Source: Nanopusillaceae archaeon
GTDB lineage: Archaea > Nanobdellota > Nanobdellia > Nanobdellales > Nanobdellaceae
DNA length: 32,000 bases
Direction of reading: 5' to 3'
Assembly (NCBI GenBank): GCA_049974095.1
Contig: JBMFJD010000003.1
Span: 1-32,000 of the forward strand
A model generated the notes under the pieces. It was not told the origin of the DNA, did no database searches, and worked only from the letters and a program-made list of their open reading frames with translations. A program made the translations under genes and the position numbers. This document shows, piece by piece, positions 25,868 through 32,000 of the stretch. Each line of letters opens with the position of its first letter. Position 1 is the first letter of the stretch.

Positions 25868-28800
25868 TATATATTAAAGAACTCTTTAATTGTTTTTTCT
25901 TTTGAAACATTTCCAAATGTCTGATCAATTTTCTCTTTTAATGCTTTTAAACTTGATTGAGTATATTCATCCAATTTTAATCTTTCTGCTAACCATAAAC
26001 TTGGTTCCAAATATTTTACGACACTACCTTGATGTACAGTCATTATTATCCTTCCACCACATTTTGGACATTTTCCAGATAATGGTATCCTTCTATATTT
26101 TGTATTACATTTTACGCATCTAAATTCTTGTTCAGAGAATTTTCTTAAATTCCCTTTTATATCTCTTGAAAAATGTAAATTTATTACTAAACTTGCTACT
26201 GTAGATGGATCTACAGATCTTAACATTTTTGCTAGTTTTAATTCAAAGTTTAATTTTTCTAACATTTCTCCTAAAGATTTATATGCAGATATTTTATTTC
26301 CTTCTTTGCTTATAGAATCTATATCATGCATAAATCCCCAATTTGTATATTCATTTTCTTTTCCAATTCTTTCTTTAAATATTTGTATCTTTACAGAATC
26401 TGGAGACTTATATTGCAATGTTGATTCATAAAATTCTAATGGATAATTCCATACGGTATCATAATTATGTACTTCATCATCTACTTCCATTCCCCTCAAT
26501 TTTAATGTAATTGTTAATGGAGCATCCATTGTTCCTCCTCTTTTATTTGGTAAATATTCTTTTGAGAAATTTAATAATGCATCTAATAATAATATAAATC
26601 CTCCCTCATCTCCATCGCAATTCCTTCTAATTCCTGCATGCATTAGTGGATGCATTAATAATGCTTGAGTTCTTGTAAATCCGATTATTCTTCCAATGAC
26701 TCCTGCAGATGTATGAGGAGCTAAAACAATTATTAAATGACCAACCAAATCTTCAGGTTTATTTGCATTATAATATTTTGGCAAATTATATAATTTTTCT
26801 AATTCCTCATCTACAAATTTTGCGGCATTAATTAATGTTATTAAAAATCCATCTTTCTTTATTTTCCCTCCTTTTTTCAATGGTCCAATAGTTGGCAAAA
26901 TTACATCCTGTGGTTTTAATTCTAATATTTGATCTTCATTTTCTAATGGTTTTCCAAATATATCATGAGTATATCCCATTTCTCTTAATTTTTCAATTGA
27001 TACATATACCAAATCTTTTGGTTTAAAGTATGTTATTGGAACTTCTATTGCATCAAATCTTATTGTTCCATCTCTAAATACAAATAAATTATATTTTGCC
27101 CTTAGAATTCCTTTTTCTAATCTTTCAGGTTGTTTTGTACCAGAAGACAATCCTACAGGACCTTTTATTACCTTTGGTAGTTGAGAAGGATCTAGATTTA
27201 AATTTCTTAATGAGGTCTCTAAATATTCTTTTACATTTAATAAAATTTTTCTATATGGTTTTCCATTATTTTCTATATATTTTGTTTCTGAACCACAAAA
27301 CATACATTTTTTATATGGTACAAATTTTCTACATTTTGGACAATAATAAGATTTCACTTCTACTTCAACTGTTCCACTATTATTTAATGCCTCCAATAAA
27401 TTTCTCGTTCTACCACTTTCCCTTCCAACAGGAAATAAAATCATAACAGATCCCTTCATCTCCCTTATTTTTGCTTTTTCTGGTCTTCCAGCTCTTAATC
27501 CAATATATGTTCCAGCCTTATCTCTAATAATTATTGGAGAAACTTTATTTATTAATTCAAATCCATTTTTTTCATTATTTATTTGAGGTATATTCTCAAA
27601 ATATCCTAATTGAATATATAATGATGCAGAATCTAGATATTCTATTATTATTTTATTATTTTCAATTTTATGTAATACTAATAATTCTTCTAAGATCCTT
27701 TTAACATTTTCATCATAATTTATTTCAATTCTTTTTGCAATTCTAAATTCTTTATCTCCAATATTTATTTTTTCATAATCTACTTTAGAATTTTCTTTCA
27801 AATATTTTATTAAATAAAGAAAATCTTCTGAAGAGATATCCTTCCAGAAATATAAATATCTTGGATGTAATGGAACATTTAATAGATATGATATTTTTAA
27901 TGCTTCAATAAATTCTGGTTTATATCTTAATGGTTCTCTTATATATTTTTCTAATTTTTCTTTTTCTATATTTAAATATTCTGATAATTTTTCTATTCCA
28001 ATTATTTCAAATAATTTTCTCGGTTTAAACATATCAAACTTTATTTCAAAATCTTTTATTTTTTCATGAGCATTTTTTCCAAATTCTAAAATCCACCATT
28101 CTTCACAATATCCTGCAGGAACTAATGGATGACCATTATCTAAAAAATCTCCATAATTAAATAATATATCTCCTAAAAACAATATTTTATCAACTAAACT
28201 TTTTTCAACTAATTCTATTGCTGTTTTTTCATCTTCTACTCTTATTACAGATCCGTCTTTTAATCTTACAACAGGAGGTTCTAATGTATCAGAAAATGAA
28301 ATTGCAGATGCTTTTCCAGGTCTTTCTACTACTACCTGTGTTCCCCATGCTAGAAAACTATATGTTAAAATTGAAGCAGCTGGATGAATAGATGATCCCT
28401 CATGACCATTTGTTCTAGATTTTCCATATCTCAATCTAAATCCACCTTTAGCAGATGGTAATGCAAAAATTGGTCTACCAGCAGTTAACTGGGATAAGTA
28501 TTTTGCATTTGGTTTTATAATTTCAGATGCAGAACTTGATCCACCATATATTTTTTCTTGTAATTTCTTTAATTCTTCTAACCATTTCCAATCCTCTAAT
28601 CCAAAATCTTTAGCAATAGAAGACAATTTCTTCCATATTTTTCCAGCTTTTTGACATAATCCTTCTGCCAAAACTAATATTGCTCCTCCTCTTATATAAT
28701 TCGTTTCTATCCTTGGTAGATCTTTATACGCAGATACCTCTTCCATTATTGTAGGCTCTCCATTTATTTCTACAGGCAAATGTCTCACTAAAAATTCTAT

Positions 28801-29427
28801 TTCTTCCTTTGTTGGTGTATATTGTAAATGTGCTGCTCTTTTGTAATCATATGTTTCTACAGCATACCTTTCTACTTCATCCTGATCAGGATCCCAACTT
28901 TCATATCCAAATCTTCTTCTTAAGAAATCTGCAATTATTACAGAAAATGCCTGGGGAGTACCACCTGCAGATCTAACAGGTCCTGCATAATATATTGAAA
29001 TATATTCTTTTCCATCTCTTCTTTTCTTTGCTTTTACTTCAATAATTCCTTCTGTAGGTGCAGCTACAACTCCCAAAGTATGATATGCAAAACCAGCCCT
29101 TAATCCAAGATCTATTGCTTTTATTTTATTTTTTGTTTTATTATATATCTCATCTGCAACATATTCGGAAATTTTTAATATTGTAGAAAAAGTTAATGGT
29201 TGATATTTTTGTTCTATTTCCTTTATTTTTTGAGATAAATTTATTTCTTTGATAATTGGATCTATTGTAGCTAATAAATTTACAACTCTTTCAGACATAT
29301 CTTCAGAAATTGGTATTTCTATATCATCAGAAGGATCTAATCCCAAAGATCTAGCTTTTTTAGCAATCTCATAAGCTTCTAATGTTTTTTTCTTGATCTC
29401 ATCAAAATAATCATCTATTTCACTCAT
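25867..29427 (-). CDS. polC: DNA polymerase II (PolD) large subunit DP2
   Basis: 1186 aa. Catalytic-core motifs are VLAPHTSAGVIGRIIGFT and RRNCDGDEGG. Zinc clusters are CPKCRKFVPYKKCMFCG and CVKCNTKYRRIPLSGKCPKCGG. No intein-like insertion is evident. Confidence 0.92.
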   Translation of the reverse strand: MSEIDDYFDEIKKKTLEAYEIAKKARSLGLDPSDDIEIPISEDMSERVVNLLATIDPIIKEINLSQKIKEIEQKYQPLTFSTILKISEYVADEIYNKTKNKIKAIDLGLRAGFAYHTLGVVAAPTEGIIEVKAKKRRDGKEYISIYYAGPVRSAGGTPQAFSVIIADFLRRRFGYESWDPDQDEVERYAVETYDYKRAAHLQYTPTKEEIEFLVRHLPVEINGEPTIMEEVSAYKDLPRIETNYIRGGAILVLAEGLCQKAGKIWKKLSSIAKDFGLEDWKWLEELKKLQEKIYGGSSSASEIIKPNAKYLSQLTAGRPIFALPSAKGGFRLRYGKSRTNGHEGSSIHPAASILTYSFLAWGTQVVVERPGKASAISFSDTLEPPVVRLKDGSVIRVEDEKTAIELVEKSLVDKILFLGDILFNYGDFLDNGHPLVPAGYCEEWWILEFGKNAHEKIKDFEIKFDMFKPRKLFEIIGIEKLSEYLNIEKEKLEKYIREPLRYKPEFIEALKISYLLNVPLHPRYLYFWKDISSEDFLYLIKYLKENSKVDYEKINIGDKEFRIAKRIEINYDENVKRILEELLVLHKIENNKIIIEYLDSASLYIQLGYFENIPQINNEKNGFELINKVSPIIIRDKAGTYIGLRAGRPEKAKIREMKGSVMILFPVGRESGRTRNLLEALNNSGTVEVEVKSYYCPKCRKFVPYKKCMFCGSETKYIENNGKPYRKILLNVKEYLETSLRNLNLDPSQLPKVIKGPVGLSSGTKQPERLEKGILRAKYNLFVFRDGTIRFDAIEVPITYFKPKDLVYVSIEKLREMGYTHDIFGKPLENEDQILELKPQDVILPTIGPLKKGGKIKKDGFLITLINAAKFVDEELEKLYNLPKYYNANKPEDLVGHLIIVLAPHTSAGVIGRIIGFTRTQALLMHPLMHAGIRRNCDGDEGGFILLLDALLNFSKEYLPNKRGGTMDAPLTITLKLRGMEVDDEVHNYDTVWNYPLEFYESTLQYKSPDSVKIQIFKERIGKENEYTNWGFMHDIDSISKEGNKISAYKSLGEMLEKLNFELKLAKMLRSVDPSTVASLVINLHFSRDIKGNLRKFSEQEFRCVKCNTKYRRIPLSGKCPKCGGRIIMTVHQGSVVKYLEPSLWLAERLKLDEYTQSSLKALKEKIDQTFGNVSKEKTIKEFFNI

Positions 29428-29478
29428 ATTATATTTTTTATCAATATATTTTTATATTTGAGAGCCCACTTATATTAA

Positions 29479-29823
29479 ATGAGTAATAAATATAAAATAG
29501 GATATTATTATGAAAGAAAAGTTAAGAAAATATTAGAAAAAGATGGATATGATGCATGGAGAACCCCAGGTTCTCATTCTCCTATAGATATTATTGCAAT
29601 AAATGAGAAAGGAGAAATAAAATTAATACAAGTAAAAAAGAATAAAAAAGAAATAGATATAAAAAATATAGACTATATTGATCTTCATGAATTATATAAT
29701 CTTTCTAAAAAATATAAAGATACTAAAAATGTAGAAATTGAATTATGGATATTTACAAATGATAAATTAAAAATATATAAAAAAGAAGACCTATTAAAAT
29801 TAAAAGATATTATTTCTTTATAA
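29479..29823 (+). CDS. hjc: Holliday junction resolvase Hjc-like (PD-(D/E)xK nuclease)
   Basis: GYYYERKVKKILEKDGYDAWRTPGSHSPIDIIAINEKGEIKLIQVKK aligns with the Hjc core (ER...GF...R..GS...DL.A......IEVK). The predicted catalytic set is E12, D37, Q51, K53. Confidence 0.65.
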   Translation: MSNKYKIGYYYERKVKKILEKDGYDAWRTPGSHSPIDIIAINEKGEIKLIQVKKNKKEIDIKNIDYIDLHELYNLSKKYKDTKNVEIELWIFTNDKLKIYKKEDLLKLKDIISL

Positions 29824-30643
29824 TAATAAAATACTCATATGGAATATCAAATTCTTTAACAATTTTATATTTTAATTTATAAGTAACAAATCTTTTTATT
29901 TTATATCTCCAAGCTAATCCCAAGTTTCTTTTCCTTCCAATACTTTTTTGTGGAAAAGATATTATTAAATAATCAAAATCTAAATTTGCAATTAAATTTC
30001 TTGGAGCATAATAATTATATTTTTCTAATAAAGGAAATATTTTCCAGAAGAAAATATATTGATAATGATCAAAAATTCTTTTATCTGGATCCAATAAATC
30101 TATTAACCATCCCTCATTTTCAATTCCAATTTCCTTCAATATTCTATAATTTATATCTAATATCTTTTCAGAAATGTCTACATAAATATATTTTTTAGGC
30201 TTTTTTTCTGAAAAATAAATTGAAATAGGATTTAATCCAGATGCTAGATCTAATATTGTTTCTGGATCTTCAATAAAAATGCTATTATATATTTCTTTAT
30301 AGAAATTTAATCTTTCTGCAGTTGATCTTGATAACATTAGTAACTGTATTATCTTTTCTTCCAAGCTTAACTCATCATTAAAAATAATTTTATCTATTTG
30401 TTTATCTTCTTTTGGAGTAAATAATCCATATATTTCATGCAATATTTTTCTTATTTCCTTAAAAAATAAATAAAATTCTTCATCATTTTTTAATTGTTTA
30501 ATATTTTTTGCTTTTTTTATTTTTTCATACAAATATTTCCTTTTATTTAATTCATCTTTTATTATTTTTTCTATTACAATATCAGATACATTTCTTAATT
30601 CTTTTTTCCTTTTTATTTCATTTATTATCTCATATAGCTCCAT
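29810..30643 (-). CDS. FmrO-family (RmtB/ArmA-like) 16S rRNA methyltransferase homolog
   Basis: Collinear matches, recalled from RmtB: KILHEIYGLF, LSRSTAERLNFYKEIYNSIF, SAM-binding ILDLASGLNPISIY, FWKIFPLLE, ISFPQKSIGRKRN, and terminal FIIIKK. Confidence 0.7.
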   Translation of the reverse strand: MELYEIINEIKRKKELRNVSDIVIEKIIKDELNKRKYLYEKIKKAKNIKQLKNDEEFYLFFKEIRKILHEIYGLFTPKEDKQIDKIIFNDELSLEEKIIQLLMLSRSTAERLNFYKEIYNSIFIEDPETILDLASGLNPISIYFSEKKPKKYIYVDISEKILDINYRILKEIGIENEGWLIDLLDPDKRIFDHYQYIFFWKIFPLLEKYNYYAPRNLIANLDFDYLIISFPQKSIGRKRNLGLAWRYKIKRFVTYKLKYKIVKEFDIPYEYFIIIKK

Positions 30644-31347
30644 ATTATTTCATATTCTTTTCTTTTACATATTTTGCAATCTTTTGATTTTACCTTTAAT
30701 TCTTCTAAGTTAAATCTATCTTTTATGTTAAAATGATATACTTTTCCTTTTTTATCTCCCCCTACATATTTTAAAAATAATCTTAACATAAGAGAAGATG
30801 CAAAAAATACTGCAGAAGGATCTACACCATTTGTATTACATGTTAAAACATCTTCTTTTCCTTGAAATATATCATAAAAACAAAATTCTTCAGGATTTAT
30901 TAATCCTACAAATCCTTGATCCATTACTACAGATCCAAATATATATGGTTTACTTAAATAAATAGAAAATTCATTTAATAAATACTTTGTTTTAATATCA
31001 TCTACACAATCAAAAAATATATCTGTATTAAATACTTCTTTTTTTATCTCTTTATATTTTTTTATTTCAACATTATTATCTATATTTCTTAATCTTTTTT
31101 CTAGCGCATCTATTTTTAGTTTTCCAATATCTTCTAATGTATAATTTTGTCTATTTAAATTTTTTTCTTCAACAATATCAAAATCCACAATTACTAATTT
31201 TTTTACTCCAACTCTTACTAAAAATTCTGATAACCATGATCCCAATCCTCCTACTCCAACTATTGTAACAGAAATATCCTGCATTTTTTTAACATTTTCA
31301 ATTCCAAAAAATTTTATTTGAGAGATATATTTAGAAAAACTATCCAT
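30625..31347 (-). CDS. ThiF/MoeB/UbaA-family E1-like adenylyltransferase
   Basis: Nucleotide-binding [16 protein letters not shown]...[18 protein letters not shown] Cys lies in LTCNTNGV and there is a C-terminal CKIC. Start set at MDSFSKY (31347), which overlaps the cdc48 stop by 8 nt. Confidence 0.75.
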   Translation of the reverse strand: MDSFSKYISQIKFFGIENVKKMQDISVTIVGVGGLGSWLSEFLVRVGVKKLVIVDFDIVEEKNLNRQNYTLEDIGKLKIDALEKRLRNIDNNVEIKKYKEIKKEVFNTDIFFDCVDDIKTKYLLNEFSIYLSKPYIFGSVVMDQGFVGLINPEEFCFYDIFQGKEDVLTCNTNGVDPSAVFFASSLMLRLFLKYVGGDKKGKVYHFNIKDRFNLEELKVKSKDCKICKRKEYEIIWSYMR

Positions 31348-32000
31348 AATACCTGTTTTGGCTTTGTGTAGGCATACTTTTTCTAAATGTCTCTGCAAAC
31401 ATTTTATAGTAATTTTCCATTTCTTTTGTTATGGATGGTTTTACCTTTTCTAATGCTTCTCTAAAATCATCCACAGTTATTCTTATATCAATCTTTTCGA
31501 TTTCTTTTAATGCTTCTTCTTCATTTTGATATTTTTCTTTTATTTTATTATACACTTTCCTCAAAGCATTTAATGCTGCTTCTTTTACTAATAATTCTAA
31601 ATCTGCTCCACTATATCCTTCTGTCATTTTTGCTATTTCTTCTAAGTTTGTATCTGGTGCTAATGGAACATTTCTAGTATGTATTTTTAATATTTCTAAT
31701 CTAGATTCATAATCTGGTGGAGGTATATATATTATTCTATCGAATCTTCCAGGTCTTAATAATGCTGGATCTAATATATCTGGTCTATTTGTTGCTGCAA
31801 TTACAATTACATCACCTCTTGTTGTTATTCCATCCATTTCTGCTAATAATTGATTTACAATACTATCATATACCTCTGAATTATATCCTATACCCCTTCT
31901 AGGTGCAATTGCATCTATTTCATCAAAGAATATCACTGCAGGCGCTACTTGTTTTGCTTTTCTAAATATTTCTCTAATCATCTTTTCACTTTCTCCAAAC
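31340..32000 (-). CDS. cdc48: Cdc48/VCP-type AAA+ ATPase, C-terminal part (gene continues beyond the window)
   Basis: [11 protein letters not shown]...[12 protein letters not shown] (Walker B), [23 protein letters not shown], and [21 protein letters not shown]. The C-terminal tail ends ...NRYYG. The frame is open to the window edge. Confidence 0.85.
   Translation of the reverse strand, partial: FGESEKMIREIFRKAKQVAPAVIFFDEIDAIAPRRGIGYNSEVYDSIVNQLLAEMDGITTRGDVIVIAATNRPDILDPALLRPGRFDRIIYIPPPDYESRLEILKIHTRNVPLAPDTNLEEIAKMTEGYSGADLELLVKEAALNALRKVYNKIKEKYQNEEEALKEIEKIDIRITVDDFREALEKVKPSITKEMENYYKMFAETFRKSMPTQSQNRYYG

Noticed and set aside
25867-29427. Possible intein or split in the PolD large subunit.
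   Set aside because: The ORF is continuous and of normal DP2 length. The catalytic and zinc motifs follow in the usual order, with no insertion carrying intein-like splice-junction blocks that I could see.
1-32000. CRISPR arrays, transposases, integrases, prophage or defence islands.
   Set aside because: I noticed no regularly spaced direct repeats and no recombinase-like ORFs. Almost every ORF is a housekeeping or conserved archaeal gene, and composition looks uniform by eye.

Overview
Archaeal chromosomal DNA, very AT-rich by eye and extremely gene-dense. I call about 38 protein genes and one tRNA. Archaeal identity rests on the thermosome, PolD large subunit (DP2), Cbf5, Hjc, diphthine synthase, Mre11/Rad50/HerA, archaeal uS13/uS4 and Cdc48. 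PolD argues against Crenarchaeota. The small proteins, broken-up operons, pervasive gene overlaps and a GC-rich tRNA in AT-rich DNA fit a reduced-genome, probably thermophilic, Nanoarchaeota/DPANN-like organism; that lineage call is inference. I saw no CRISPR array, rRNA, transposase or integrase.

Main items for a second look:
- The only long non-coding gap (5911-6289), which holds a duplicated TATA-box module and two hairpins upstream of cbf5.
- An in-frame gutted KaiC/RadA-like ATPase relic with no ATG (8220-8648).
- A type IV pilus/archaellum-like cluster with a FlaI-like ATPase and pilin-like genes but no adjacent membrane platform gene (14812-19454).
- A full-length homolog of the RmtB/ArmA (FmrO) 16S rRNA m7G methyltransferase family, in an overlapping operon with a ThiF/UbaA-type E1 and a Cdc48 ending in an HbYX-like YYG (29810-32000).
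- A small archaeosortase-like gene with no visible substrate (23529-24089).
- herA separated from mre11-rad50.
- All seven convergent gene pairs overlap at their 3' ends.

All family assignments come from motifs read by eye and recalled family signatures. None was confirmed by a database search.
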